From Candidatus Woykebacteria bacterium (lineage in GTDB: Bacteria; Patescibacteriota; Microgenomatia; Woykebacterales; RBG-16-39-9b), in NCBI GenBank assembly GCA_040876265.1, contig JBBDPN010000002.1:170510-234509 (forward strand): a stretch of 64,000 nt of DNA. The letters run 5' to 3'. The translations under genes and the position numbers were made by a program. Below, one piece after another: positions 1-9,760 of the stretch (its first letter is position 1; every line of letters starts with the position of its first letter). The notes under the pieces are model-generated. The model ran no database searches, was not told where the DNA came from, and saw only the letters and a program-made list of their open reading frames with translations.

Positions 1-287
1 GCGGTCCTGTCAATTTTGTTTTGGTGGATGTGTCAATGAAGAATGACACCGAACAGACTCTTTTCTTATCCACACTTGGCTTTAAATTAAAGGATGCTAA
101 TAATAAATCCTACCCACAAGCTAGCACCGGCACTTACAAATTACCGAGTGGCAAAGTGTTGATATTTGACCAACAAATGGCCGCTGGAGAGACGGTGTCT
201 GGAAGCGTGGTTTTCTCCGCTCCTAAAACTGTTAATCTATTTACCCTCATATACGAAAACCAAGAGCGTACTATTACGGTTAAATAA
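1..287 (+). CDS. C-terminal fragment of a hypothetical secreted beta-sandwich protein (DUF4352-like). The reading frame is open from the window edge.
   Basis: Frame 3 is open from position 3 with no stop before 285-287. The GETVSGSVVFSAP beta-strand pattern resembles the DUF4352 lipoprotein domain. This is a weak family call. Confidence 0.3.
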   Translation, partial: GPVNFVLVDVSMKNDTEQTLFLSTLGFKLKDANNKSYPQASTGTYKLPSGKVLIFDQQMAAGETVSGSVVFSAPKTVNLFTLIYENQERTITVK

Positions 288-333
288 CTCCTCGCCTTTG
301 ACAAGGTTTCTACCCAACCCTACAATCAACTAA

Positions 334-966
334 ATGATTAGAGCAGTTATTTTTGATTTGGATGGTGTAGTTGTTGACACCGAACCACTTTGGTTTGAAA
401 CATACAAAAAAGTTTTTGGCGAATACGGAATTACTTTCACTCAAGAACATGATAAATTGGCAAAAGGGAGGTCTGATGCTTTTTCGAGACTGTCAGAGAA
501 GTTTGATTTAGCTGATGAATCCGCCGAAATTTCGGCAAAAATAAAAGCTACGTACAAAGACCTCTTTTACCGTAAGGCCAAGTTGACACCGGGGTTCACG
601 GAGCTTATCAATGGGTTAAAAGGCAGGTACAAATTAGCTCTGGCCACGTCAGCATATAAGGAACGAGTCGAGTTTAATCTAAGGAAATTTCCCCAACTTA
701 ATTCATTTTTTGAAGTAATTACAAATGGTGACGAGATCAAAAATAGTAAACCATCCCCAGATATTTTTCTTTTAACGGCCAAAAGGTTGGGAGTGGATCC
801 ACGTGAATGCTTGGTCATTGAGGATGCAGAATCTGGTGTTACGGCGGCGAAAGCGGCCGGCATGAAGGTGATCGGAGTAAATCCGGGCCATGTTACACCG
901 CAGGATTTATCAAGTGCTGATAGAATTGTAACTACGCTATCCAAGGTGGATATAAAACTTTTTTAA
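334..966 (+). CDS. HAD-IA family hydrolase (beta-phosphoglucomutase-like phosphatase)
   Basis: N-terminal motif I FDLDGVVVDTE (DxDG), K-containing motif III, C-terminal EDAxxG motif IV; 210 aa. Confidence 0.75.
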   Translation: MIRAVIFDLDGVVVDTEPLWFETYKKVFGEYGITFTQEHDKLAKGRSDAFSRLSEKFDLADESAEISAKIKATYKDLFYRKAKLTPGFTELINGLKGRYKLALATSAYKERVEFNLRKFPQLNSFFEVITNGDEIKNSKPSPDIFLLTAKRLGVDPRECLVIEDAESGVTAAKAAGMKVIGVNPGHVTPQDLSSADRIVTTLSKVDIKLF

Positions 967-1101
967 CAAATCTATAGCGCAATCTTATATGGAGAAAAAG
1001 AATTTTCCAGGTTGGGTACAGTAAAATTCTAAAAAAATTTGCTACAATATCAATTTGGGTTGATGTTTTACATCGATTTAAAATCGATCTAAAATAAAAT
1101 T

Positions 1102-2379
1102 GTGATCATAAAAAACTTTGCCCAACTCGCTACATCCAAGTTACGTCGCGACGCTCTTCAGATCATCGAAGACGGTCTTAACTCCATAAACACCAGAAAA
1201 ATAATTGAAAAAAATGTAAGACTGCACAAAAACGGACTTTTGTGGGTAAAGGATAATTGGGTAGATCTAAAAAAATACAGGCGAATATACCTTATTGGTA
1301 TAGGTAAAGCAGCCTTTGCGTCTGTGAGAGTGCTTGAGGGAAAGCTGAAAGATTATATTACTGATGGGATAGTTTTGGATATTTATGGCGCACCCCTGAA
1401 AAAGGTAAAAAGTATGGTTGGCACCCATCCCCACACTACCGAAACCAACGTTTCAGCCACGAGAGAAATTATAGGCTTGCTGCAATCCGCTCAAGAAGAA
1501 GACCTGGTCCTCACGGTTATAACCGGGGGAGGTAGTGCACTGCTTTGCTCGCCTTACAAAATGAGTTGTGAGACAAAAGATTCGATAGCTCAGGCCCTGT
1601 GGAACGCTGGTGCAACAGTCCAGGAGATGAATACGGTGCGTAAGCACCTCTCGGGAATTAAAGGTGGCCATTTCGCCCAACTAGCTTACCCAGCAAAAGT
1701 CGTTTCCCTGATTTTTTCTGACGTCCCAGGGGACAATCTCTCGGCAATTGCTTCGGGACCAACCGTACTTGACCCGACCACAGTGCAAGACGCAGCCAAG
1801 ATACTGGCGAAGTACAATGTTTTAAAGGTGTGTAGTCTGCCAAACTGTGATCTGCAAGAAACCCCGAAAGACCCGATGATTTTCCGGAGGGTCGTAAACG
1901 TTGTGGTTGTTAATAATAAAACCCCTATTGCCGCAATGGAAGAGACAGGTAGGCATCTAGGCTACAAAGTTGAAATTTTTAGTAGTGAAATTTCCGGTGA
2001 AGCAGAAGCAGTAGCAAAGGAGCTGGTGCTAAACTCCAAACCAAAAACCGCTCTTTTAGCTGCTGGTGAAACAACTGTACGGGTAAAAGGTAAGGGTAAA
2101 GGAGGCAGAAATCAGCATCTTGTCTTGGCCGCCCTAAAATATTTAAGAGACGGCCGAATAATAGTTTCCGTTAATAGCGATGGTTATGATTTTACTCCCC
2201 ATGCAGGTGCGATAGGTGACGAGTATACGCTTAAGAAAGCCGCCAGGAAAAAACTTCCGCCAGAGAAATATTTAAAAAATGACGACTCGTTTCATTTTTT
2301 CGAAAAAGTTGGAGACGCTATAAAGACCGGGATATTGGGTACAAACGTAGCCGATCTAATGTTAGTATTGTCAAAGTGA
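1102..2379 (+). CDS. glycerate kinase, MOFRL family (GckA/TtuD-like)
   Basis: GGGSALL and AAGETTVRVKGKGKGGRNQHLVLAA motifs typical of MOFRL glycerate 2-kinases. GTG start. TGA stop. Confidence 0.7.
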   Translation: MIIKNFAQLATSKLRRDALQIIEDGLNSINTRKIIEKNVRLHKNGLLWVKDNWVDLKKYRRIYLIGIGKAAFASVRVLEGKLKDYITDGIVLDIYGAPLKKVKSMVGTHPHTTETNVSATREIIGLLQSAQEEDLVLTVITGGGSALLCSPYKMSCETKDSIAQALWNAGATVQEMNTVRKHLSGIKGGHFAQLAYPAKVVSLIFSDVPGDNLSAIASGPTVLDPTTVQDAAKILAKYNVLKVCSLPNCDLQETPKDPMIFRRVVNVVVVNNKTPIAAMEETGRHLGYKVEIFSSEISGEAEAVAKELVLNSKPKTALLAAGETTVRVKGKGKGGRNQHLVLAALKYLRDGRIIVSVNSDGYDFTPHAGAIGDEYTLKKAARKKLPPEKYLKNDDSFHFFEKVGDAIKTGILGTNVADLMLVLSK

Positions 2380-2380
2380 T

Positions 2381-2893
2381 TTAGTGGAAGCGTTTCTCTC
2401 CAGCCTTGATCACCACAGGCAATGTATTTTCCTCTGGAGCTATTGGACAACGAAAGTTCTCATTGTAGGCACAGTAGGGGTTATAGGCATAATTGAAATC
2501 TAGCTCGGTAATAACTCCGTTCTCAGTTTCTACTTCAACGTATCGACCGTCATGATAAGTTTCTTCTTGGTTCGTTTTATCTCTAAACGGTAAGAAAATA
2601 CCAGCACCTTCAGTACTTTCATAAACAGTGAGCTCGCAACTTGTTCCTTCAATTTCAAAACGAGTTTTCCCCAGTATTTTATAAGGCTGAGTATCGCCGG
2701 CACTGGTTTTTATTTGCACAATTTGTTCCTCCTGGTTGGGTTCGATACCCAAGTCATGGAAGATTAAGTCCGGGTTCTCTGGGTAGTAATTCAGACCCTT
2801 AAATTCTTTTTTTTGCTCTTGGGTCAGAGGAGACTCGGCTTCTTTAGCGAAAAGTTCATTTTTTTCTTTTCGAAATTGTTCCAATTCGCTCAT
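2381..2893 (-). CDS. DUF1684 family protein
   Basis: LNYYPENPD and C-terminal CAYNENFRCPIAPEENTLPVVIKAGEK motifs match the DUF1684 signature. Confidence 0.55.
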   Translation of the reverse strand: MSELEQFRKEKNELFAKEAESPLTQEQKKEFKGLNYYPENPDLIFHDLGIEPNQEEQIVQIKTSAGDTQPYKILGKTRFEIEGTSCELTVYESTEGAGIFLPFRDKTNQEETYHDGRYVEVETENGVITELDFNYAYNPYCAYNENFRCPIAPEENTLPVVIKAGEKRFH

Positions 2894-2968
2894 GCAACAT
2901 CCAATTTATCACGCATTTATTTGTGTGTCTAGGCCAACGTCGGCAGAAATTGACAGTACGTATTTAAA

Positions 2969-4618
2969 TTGCTAAGCTTAAAGTTAGAGATATTCTATAT
3001 GGAAGAGCAGTTGCCCTCACAAAAGAAGTCTTTTTTCCGAAGAGAATCACTTTACCTTGTAGTTGTATTGATCGCTGCTATTATTGTCGGCGTACTTGTA
3101 ATATTTCGCCTCAACACCACTTCCACTACAACCCAAAGCGCTGATTATGTGGAAAATCTTCCCAAGGACCAAGTTACTGTAGGAGTTTTAGGGACGATCT
3201 CAGGGCTGTATCCAACCGTCCCCTTTGATGTGGATTCGACATCAATAAACAGTAACATGTTCGAAGGACTCACCCAGATCCGAAACGGAAGATTAGAGCC
3301 AGCTCTAGCTGAAAGCTGGACCAATCCTGACAATTTGACCTGGCGTATCAAATTACGTAGCGATGCAAAATTTCATAATGGCGAGGCGCTAGAAGCCAGC
3401 GATGTTAAATATACCATTGAAGAAGCGAAAAAACATGAGGATTGGAGAGACGGGGTTCTGAACTCCATAGCGGCCAGAATTGATCGGGTGGAAGTTGTTG
3501 ACGAGGCGACTGTCCAACTGCAAACTAAAACACCCGACGCCACCCTTCTTTACTGGTTAGTGTTTCTATTTATCCTTTCGGAAGATCAGATCAAAAAAGA
3601 TGGGCTGGACAAGGCAGTAGGCACCGGCCCCTACAAATTGGTTTCAATAAATGAAAAACAGATTACTTTGCAAGCAAATAATGATTATTGGGCGGGGGCG
3701 CCTAAGGTTAAAAAACTAGTTTATAAGACTTTTGAAGACGATGAGGCTTTAGCAGGTGGATTGGAAAGTGGTGAGGTTGATCTCGCCCTTTTATTTGTAA
3801 CTACCCACAACAGTCGGCTGGAAAAGAAAGGTTTTAGGATTGTTTCGGTAAGAAGTGGGGACATAACCTTTTTTGGCTTTGATATCAATAGTAAAAAAGC
3901 AGCCCATGTAAATACGGAAACAAACCCTTTCGCCAGTCTTGATGTACGTAAGGCAATATTGCTAGCGATTGACATCAATAAAGCGCTGGAGGCGACTAAC
4001 GTTGAGGGGAAGCCGGTGAGCCAGTTTGCGGTGCCGGAGCTGATAGGTTATAACCGCAGTCTTAAAAGACCGGTCACAAATATTACTGAAGCCAAAAACC
4101 TACTTGTCAAAGCCGGCTTCCCTGATGGTTTTAAAGTTACTCTGGATATCGATGAGCCGTCAAAAAGGTTAGGAGAGGAGGTTAAGAAACAACTGGCCCA
4201 AATAAATATAGAGGTGGAGTTAAACACTTACACCGACTTCCAGAGCTATTTTGAACGGTTGACAACTGACTCATCATTTTTTGCACTAGCCTATGCGCCT
4301 GACACTTTAGACTCGGTAGATCTATTAGAGAGCTTTTTCCACACAGATGGATTTAACAACTTGAAGGGTTTTTCAGATAAGGATATCGACAGCTTGCTAG
4401 AGAAAGCCCTATCGACATTTAACACAGCCGAAAGAGCTAAATTGACCCAAGAGATTCATAAAGCAGTTATGGAGAAACTTCCATCAATTCCTTTTTACAC
4501 AAGAGTCGACCATTATGTAATCAAGGATGATGTAGCCTTCAAACCGGCCCCACCGTTCTCATTCCTATCTGGCTACGAGATTTCCGGCCGGCAAAAAGCG
4601 ACAGAAGTTAGCCAATAA
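2969..4618 (+). CDS. ABC transporter substrate-binding protein, family 5 (peptide/nickel type), N-terminal membrane anchor
   Basis: N-terminal TM helix followed by SBP_bac_5-like architecture (GTGPYKLVS and related motifs). Stop is adjacent to the downstream kinase start. Confidence 0.7.
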   Translation: MLSLKLEIFYMEEQLPSQKKSFFRRESLYLVVVLIAAIIVGVLVIFRLNTTSTTTQSADYVENLPKDQVTVGVLGTISGLYPTVPFDVDSTSINSNMFEGLTQIRNGRLEPALAESWTNPDNLTWRIKLRSDAKFHNGEALEASDVKYTIEEAKKHEDWRDGVLNSIAARIDRVEVVDEATVQLQTKTPDATLLYWLVFLFILSEDQIKKDGLDKAVGTGPYKLVSINEKQITLQANNDYWAGAPKVKKLVYKTFEDDEALAGGLESGEVDLALLFVTTHNSRLEKKGFRIVSVRSGDITFFGFDINSKKAAHVNTETNPFASLDVRKAILLAIDINKALEATNVEGKPVSQFAVPELIGYNRSLKRPVTNITEAKNLLVKAGFPDGFKVTLDIDEPSKRLGEEVKKQLAQINIEVELNTYTDFQSYFERLTTDSSFFALAYAPDTLDSVDLLESFFHTDGFNNLKGFSDKDIDSLLEKALSTFNTAERAKLTQEIHKAVMEKLPSIPFYTRVDHYVIKDDVAFKPAPPFSFLSGYEISGRQKATEVSQ

Positions 4619-4619
4619 G

Positions 4620-6107
4620 ATGCTTCCTCACAACTTCCTTAGCCCTCGTAGGAGTAGTTTGCGGGTAAAATTCTCTTTGGCAGCGGTTTTAATCTTTTTA
4701 GTAATTTTTTCTATCACATCCTTTGTTCTAATTCGCCAGAACATAGATTCTCAGAAAAACTCGCTATTAGCCCGCGCAAATACCTTTGCTGGTCTAGCTA
4801 CCAAACCGATCGGAGACGATTATACATTGTATTTTGAGTCTGGTTATTATAAATTTCGCGAGAGTCTCCAAGATATATTTGCACTCAATGAAGACATTAC
4901 TCGGGCTCAGATTATATCTGTCGATGGCGAAGTTTTTTTTGATACTTTTTATTTAGATTTAGCCGAGTCGCCATCACCAAAAAAAATTGACGAACCCCGC
5001 CTCCTGATAGCAGTTAGATCAAATAGCCTCACCGGTATAGCGGACCAAGGTGGCAGCATTACCCAAATAATTGTTCCGTACAACGATGATTTTGGAGCGA
5101 GACCGTTTTCGATCCGTTATTTTATATCTTATGAATCGGTTTACGAAAACATAAATAGTACTATCCTAACCACCTTATTACTGAGCGTATTGGTACTGAT
5201 TTTGGCCGTCCTGGCCATATCAGCGCTGGTTAATTTTTCTATACTTTCACCGCTAGGTAAGGTGGTTGCTGCGGCCAAGAAAATTAGCGAAGGCGATGTT
5301 AACACGGAGATAAAGCTTTCCACGGGTGACGAGCTGGAAGATATAGCCAGCTCTCTTGATCAAATGACGGTTACCCTGCGAAAAAATATTGAGGATCTTA
5401 AAGCGCTGGATAAACTAAAAAATGAATTTGTCTTTCTGGCATCGCATAACCTGCGAACACCACTGACAGTAGTAAAGGGATATGTGGATAACTTGAAAAA
5501 CGCGGATCTAGGGAAAAAAGCCGCTGCTGATTTGGAAAAGATCTCTGAAAGCACCCGCGAACTTGAAAGTATGGTGGAATCATTGATAAACCTAGTTTCA
5601 CTGGAAAAGGAAAAACAACTGACTATCAAAAATGAGGTTGATCTGAAAGACTTAATCAGGCAAATCACCCTGGACGCGAAGAGTAAATTAAACGAAAAGA
5701 GATTGAGCCTGGTTTTTGAGACGCCCGAGGAAAAGCTGCCAAAAGTTTCGGTAGATCAGAAGAGAATAAGACAAGCGTTTGAAAATTTGATTGACAACGC
5801 AATTAAATTTAACAAGGAAAACGGGAAAATAGTTATCGGCCTGCGTAAAAAGGGGGACAGCGTTGTAATTTCTATAGCTGACACCGGGATTGGAATATCC
5901 GAGGGGGAAAAGGCCCGAGTATTTCAAAAATTCCATCGAGCTACTGATGTTCTAACGTACAATTACGAAGGAATCGGTCTTGGGCTATACTTGGCAAAGT
6001 TAATTATTGAGGCCCACCAAGGGAAAATATGGTTCGACTCTACCATTGGAAAGGGAACCACCTTTTATGTTCAGCTACCCATTAAGGCAAAAGTGCAAGG
6101 GGGTTGA
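4620..6107 (+). CDS. sensor histidine kinase (2 TM, HAMP, HisKA, HATPase_c)
   Basis: H-box FLASHNLRTPLT, N-box DNAIKFN, G-boxes DTGIGI/GLGLYLAK, two TM segments. Confidence 0.85.
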   Translation: MLPHNFLSPRRSSLRVKFSLAAVLIFLVIFSITSFVLIRQNIDSQKNSLLARANTFAGLATKPIGDDYTLYFESGYYKFRESLQDIFALNEDITRAQIISVDGEVFFDTFYLDLAESPSPKKIDEPRLLIAVRSNSLTGIADQGGSITQIIVPYNDDFGARPFSIRYFISYESVYENINSTILTTLLLSVLVLILAVLAISALVNFSILSPLGKVVAAAKKISEGDVNTEIKLSTGDELEDIASSLDQMTVTLRKNIEDLKALDKLKNEFVFLASHNLRTPLTVVKGYVDNLKNADLGKKAAADLEKISESTRELESMVESLINLVSLEKEKQLTIKNEVDLKDLIRQITLDAKSKLNEKRLSLVFETPEEKLPKVSVDQKRIRQAFENLIDNAIKFNKENGKIVIGLRKKGDSVVISIADTGIGISEGEKARVFQKFHRATDVLTYNYEGIGLGLYLAKLIIEAHQGKIWFDSTIGKGTTFYVQLPIKAKVQGG

Positions 6108-6798
6108 TTGCGCCGTTCTTACTGCGAATCTCAAAGTGTAAATGGGCCCCGGTCGCATAACCGGTGGTTCCGACGTTTCCAACTGTTGTCTTGGTACTCA
6201 CCGGTTGACCTTTAACTACCTGAATGGACGAGAGGTGGGCGTAGGTCGTAAAAAGACCATCTTCGTGTTTAACCACCACCTTTTTTCCAAATCCACCATC
6301 CCAACCAGCAGATACTACTTTTCCGTGTTCAAACGGATACACTTTTTGCCCGTACCTCGATGGTATATCTATACCTTGGTGATGGTAGGAAAAATACGTA
6401 GAGATATAGGTTAGTGGTACGGGCCATCTGATCACAGGGGCTTCACGAGCTACGACCTGGGTTGAGATTTTAATTGATGCAGCCTGTTTTTGTATCGGGG
6501 CTGCTTGAGTAGCGCCATTTGTTAGTATAGATTCGGCTTGTGCTTTTGGACTGATTACTAAAAGGAATAGCAGTATCAGAGCGAACACCCTAAAAATAAA
6601 CAAGGGAACGGCTCGTTTGAAAACTTCCCAGAGCCAAAGGACGTCAGTATAGACGTCAGCCGCGTCCAATATAATAGCCTCCGGTGTAAACCAAATATGG
6701 CTGGGAAGTACCAGAGTAGTGGAGCCGAAGGAAAATTGTTCGTTACGCGGGGACAGATCGCGGTCCGATGTCCATCGGACTGCTTTGCGTTTTAACAT
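6082..6798 (-). CDS. M23 family metallopeptidase (LytM-like), membrane anchored
   Basis: HHQGIDI ... GxTGYATGAHLHFEIR motifs of peptidase M23. N-terminal TM. 26-nt convergent overlap with the kinase 3' end. Confidence 0.8.
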   Translation of the reverse strand: MLKRKAVRWTSDRDLSPRNEQFSFGSTTLVLPSHIWFTPEAIILDAADVYTDVLWLWEVFKRAVPLFIFRVFALILLFLLVISPKAQAESILTNGATQAAPIQKQAASIKISTQVVAREAPVIRWPVPLTYISTYFSYHHQGIDIPSRYGQKVYPFEHGKVVSAGWDGGFGKKVVVKHEDGLFTTYAHLSSIQVVKGQPVSTKTTVGNVGTTGYATGAHLHFEIRSKNGAINPLALLP

Positions 6799-6902
6799 AA
6801 CCCCCGAAAATTCGGGGAAAAAAGAAAAATCTCCCTAGTTTTTGGGAGATCAGAGGCTTATTCTACCAGTCGATTAGGAGTATGTCAAGTTAAGTAAGGA
6901 AA

Positions 6903-6976
6903 TGGAGGCGTCGAGCGGATTCGAACCGCCGTAAAAGGTTTTGCAGACCTCTACCTAGCCACTCGGTCACGACGCC
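6903..6976 (-). tRNA. tRNA-Cys (anticodon GCA), CCA encoded
   Basis: Reverse complement reads GGCGTCG...CGACGCCTCCA with a 7-bp acceptor stem. Anticodon loop is CTGCAAA. T-arm is GCGGTTCGAATCCGC. Confidence 0.8.
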
Positions 6977-7084
6977 AATCCTAACTGAGGCTAAATTATA
7001 ACATATTTATCCATTAAGCCTAGTTGGAGACAGGGGATTTTGTGAATAAATATGTTGATACAACAAGAAATAACAGTCTAGTGA

Positions 7085-8233
7085 CTAAAGTCTCTTTGCG
7101 TATTGAGAGGAGATCCAGCCACTCGAACCAGTGGGAAGTTTTATCTTGTACCAATCGGTTTGTTCATCTAGCAGCTGATATTTTTCACCAGGTTTAACCT
7201 TAGTAATTATATTATTATTTAAATTCGGGCCGCTACGTACATTTAGTGTCCCGGTGGGTGTGGTGAGTATCTGAACCTGATTTTTGTTTGCAGTTGGACC
7301 AGCAACCTTTAACCGCTTCTTGATGTCTTCGATCGCGGCTTTAGCCTCGGCGGTCAAACTTTCAGCTTTTTTGTCACCTAGATACCCTACGGTGACTTGT
7401 TTGGCCCCTTTAATTTTCTTATCCCACGATCCTTGGTCTTTAAAATAAAATCTACCAGTGGGGTTTATCAAAGCGTCAAATTCAAAATCTACATTTTTTT
7501 CAAAAAAGAAAACCCCCTCAGACCAAATAGGTGGATTTTTTACTAAGAATTCCTGACTAGTTGATAAATCATAAAGCTCCAATTTCCCTTCCTCCAGTTT
7601 TTTTGGTTCGTTAAAGGGATTTGCGGCAAGAAAAACCTCGACAAGCAACCTAAATCCCGACTCAATATTAATTTCAAGCTCCCGACCATAATATCCAGCC
7701 TGGGTGATTTTTACTTTATGCACACCTTGGTTGGGGTTTAGCGACAGTGGGGATTTACCGATTATTTCACCATCGAGCCACACGTCAGCGCCGCTTGGAG
7801 TGGTTAATATAGATAGACCCTCTCCTGTTCGGAAGGTGCGTATATCTCCTGAGGAGAATGTATCATTTGGGCCAAAATTATAATTGACAGCAGTTAGGGC
7901 TAGAGATGTCAGAGTAATTGGTGTCGAAAAACTGACCATCCTTTTTGTTAGGCTGGGTAGCTCAGTCTCCAGACGAAGTTTATATTCACCCGAGCGTAGT
8001 TTTCTCTCAGAGATTGGTGTTGTGCCGATGAGCTCCCCATCCAAATAAACTTTAGTCTTAGTACCCGGCGTAGTTATTTTTAAGAAAGAATCTGGGCTTT
8101 TAAAGACTGGTAGTAGAAACTTCCAAACCAAAAGACCGATGACGAGAGCTAGGAAAATTAATAAGGCTGTTCTTAGTTGTTTCATAATGGTTTTTGGCAC
8201 GGAGCAGATTTGAGTAGCTTTATAAAATACCAC
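7085..8233 (-). CDS. membrane-anchored PEGA-domain protein with C-terminal bacterial SH3 (SH3b) domain
   Basis: N-terminal TM. Two PEGA-like repeats (VYLDGELIGTTP, VWLDGEIIGKSP). C-terminal NVRSGP...GWISSQY matches the SH3_3 pattern. Confidence 0.55.
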   Translation of the reverse strand: MVFYKATQICSVPKTIMKQLRTALLIFLALVIGLLVWKFLLPVFKSPDSFLKITTPGTKTKVYLDGELIGTTPISERKLRSGEYKLRLETELPSLTKRMVSFSTPITLTSLALTAVNYNFGPNDTFSSGDIRTFRTGEGLSILTTPSGADVWLDGEIIGKSPLSLNPNQGVHKVKITQAGYYGRELEINIESGFRLLVEVFLAANPFNEPKKLEEGKLELYDLSTSQEFLVKNPPIWSEGVFFFEKNVDFEFDALINPTGRFYFKDQGSWDKKIKGAKQVTVGYLGDKKAESLTAEAKAAIEDIKKRLKVAGPTANKNQVQILTTPTGTLNVRSGPNLNNNIITKVKPGEKYQLLDEQTDWYKIKLPTGSSGWISSQYAKRL

Positions 8234-8257
8234 AGCAGAAATTTATATACAATAAGG

Positions 8258-8839
8258 TTGTTTAAAACACTTGATCAAAAAGAATTATTGGTGTTTAATA
8301 AGTTTGTGGGTAGGTCTTCAATTGCGAAAACACTCGATCAGCTTATTTTACCGGTGGTTATTTTCGTTGGAGCCAGATACTTGGGTATTTTTTTACCCGT
8401 TCTTTTTTCCCAGGTAGAATTTCAATTTTCGCTAGATTTTAATTTGATTTCGGTACCATTCATCGAATTTGTAAATTTCAATAACTTGTTGTTTCTGAAT
8501 TCTTTTTCCTGGCTTCTAACGGCAGCGGTATTTGGAGTAGTCTTTAGTTTTATAGCTTTTAGGAGTTTACATCTTAACGAAGACTGGTTGCACCCAAAAG
8601 AAGCAAGCAGACTCCACAAGAGAAAATTGGACCACTTCACTATATCTCCTGAAGAAGCCTATCCCCAGGTTCTAGCCTGGTCATTAGTTACTCTAGTGGC
8701 TCTCAACCTTTCGATTGTGGATTTCCTCAGTGGAGCCATTTCAACTGTGGTTTTTGGGGTAGGCGTCGCTATAAACGCACTTCTGGTCGCCCTTTTCGTA
8801 CTTTCATTAGGTAGAGGTTTAGAGAGAGAAAAAGTATAA
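8258..8839 (+). CDS. hypothetical polytopic membrane protein (no in-frame ATG; TTG/GTG start inferred)
   Basis: Long ORF with several hydrophobic helices. No internal Met, so a non-ATG start downstream of the converging gene is required. The start is uncertain. Confidence 0.3.
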   Translation: MFKTLDQKELLVFNKFVGRSSIAKTLDQLILPVVIFVGARYLGIFLPVLFSQVEFQFSLDFNLISVPFIEFVNFNNLLFLNSFSWLLTAAVFGVVFSFIAFRSLHLNEDWLHPKEASRLHKRKLDHFTISPEEAYPQVLAWSLVTLVALNLSIVDFLSGAISTVVFGVGVAINALLVALFVLSLGRGLEREKV

Positions 8840-9760
8840 GGTCGATATTACTAGCACGAGCCAAGAAGCTACCGAGATAAATAACGGTTTATCTGAAAGT
8901 AAGATCCTCTCAGGAGATTCCCCTTCGCTTTTTTCAAAAACTAAGTACAAGTAACGAAAAATACCGTAAACAACAATCGGTATGGTAGCCATTAAGAGCT
9001 TTGGGGAAGCTAGAGTTTGCGGAAAAAAAGATGTGAAAAATTCACGTTGCACAGTCTCAGGCGCATTAAAGGTAAATAGACTATAAGTAAGCAAAGTGGA
9101 CGTAGCCATCATTATCGCTAGAGCATCCAAAAGAACAGCCGGATAAAAAATTAAGCTTCGGCGGTGCTTTACTGCTGTTTGCCCGCTCAAAAGGGTAAGT
9201 TCGCTTCTTCTCTTACCAACACCCAGGAAAAGGGCCAGCATCATGGTTGTAAGGATTAGCCAAGCTGAAAGTGGTGTAAGAACAACTATTGACCCGGCGA
9301 AGATTCGTAGCATGAAAGTGAAAGCAATTACTAGAATATCTAAAATCATTATATTTTTTAGCCACAAACTGTAAAAAAGTTGAACAATTATATAGGAAGC
9401 TATTATCGCCAATAGATAGTAGGAGATTTGATAGGCTGCCATTAGAGAAATTGTAATCAGTACTATTGCCACGAGAAGGACATTTCCAGTGCGTAGGCGA
9501 CCAGCAGCGATAGGCCTATTCTTTTTAGAAAAGTGAAGACGATCTTTTTCCTGATCAATAAGGTCATTTATTAGGTACATTGAGGAGCTCGCCATGGAAA
9601 AGATCAAGAAGGTATAAAAAACCGGTAGAAATTTATCGCCAATAAAGAGTTCCCTGGAAAACAAAATCGCGGCAAAGACGACTAAATTTTTTAACCACTG
9701 GGCCGGCCGAAATGAGATGATAAGATTAGTAACCCTAGCTTGTATTGGCTGGTTTTTCAA
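8819..9760 (-). CDS. UbiA-family prenyltransferase (decaprenyl-phosphate phosphoribosyltransferase-like)
   Basis: YLINDLIDQEKDRLH (NDxxDxxxD) motif. About 8 TM helices. 313 aa. Confidence 0.75.
   Translation of the reverse strand: MKNQPIQARVTNLIISFRPAQWLKNLVVFAAILFSRELFIGDKFLPVFYTFLIFSMASSSMYLINDLIDQEKDRLHFSKKNRPIAAGRLRTGNVLLVAIVLITISLMAAYQISYYLLAIIASYIIVQLFYSLWLKNIMILDILVIAFTFMLRIFAGSIVVLTPLSAWLILTTMMLALFLGVGKRRSELTLLSGQTAVKHRRSLIFYPAVLLDALAIMMATSTLLTYSLFTFNAPETVQREFFTSFFPQTLASPKLLMATIPIVVYGIFRYLYLVFEKSEGESPERILLSDKPLFISVASWLVLVISTLYFFSL

Noticed and set aside
567-944. 125-aa ORF antisense to the HAD hydrolase gene
   Set aside because: Entirely nested opposite a well-supported conserved CDS, and has no ribosome-binding site. 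Typical shadow ORF.
6082-6107. Similarity between the kinase terminal codons and sequence about 30 nt downstream (AAGGCAAAAGTGCAAGGGGG versus AATCTCAAAGTGTAAATGGG)
   Set aside because: It lies inside the convergently overlapping M23 coding sequence and is weakly similar (about 70%). Not distinguishable from chance.
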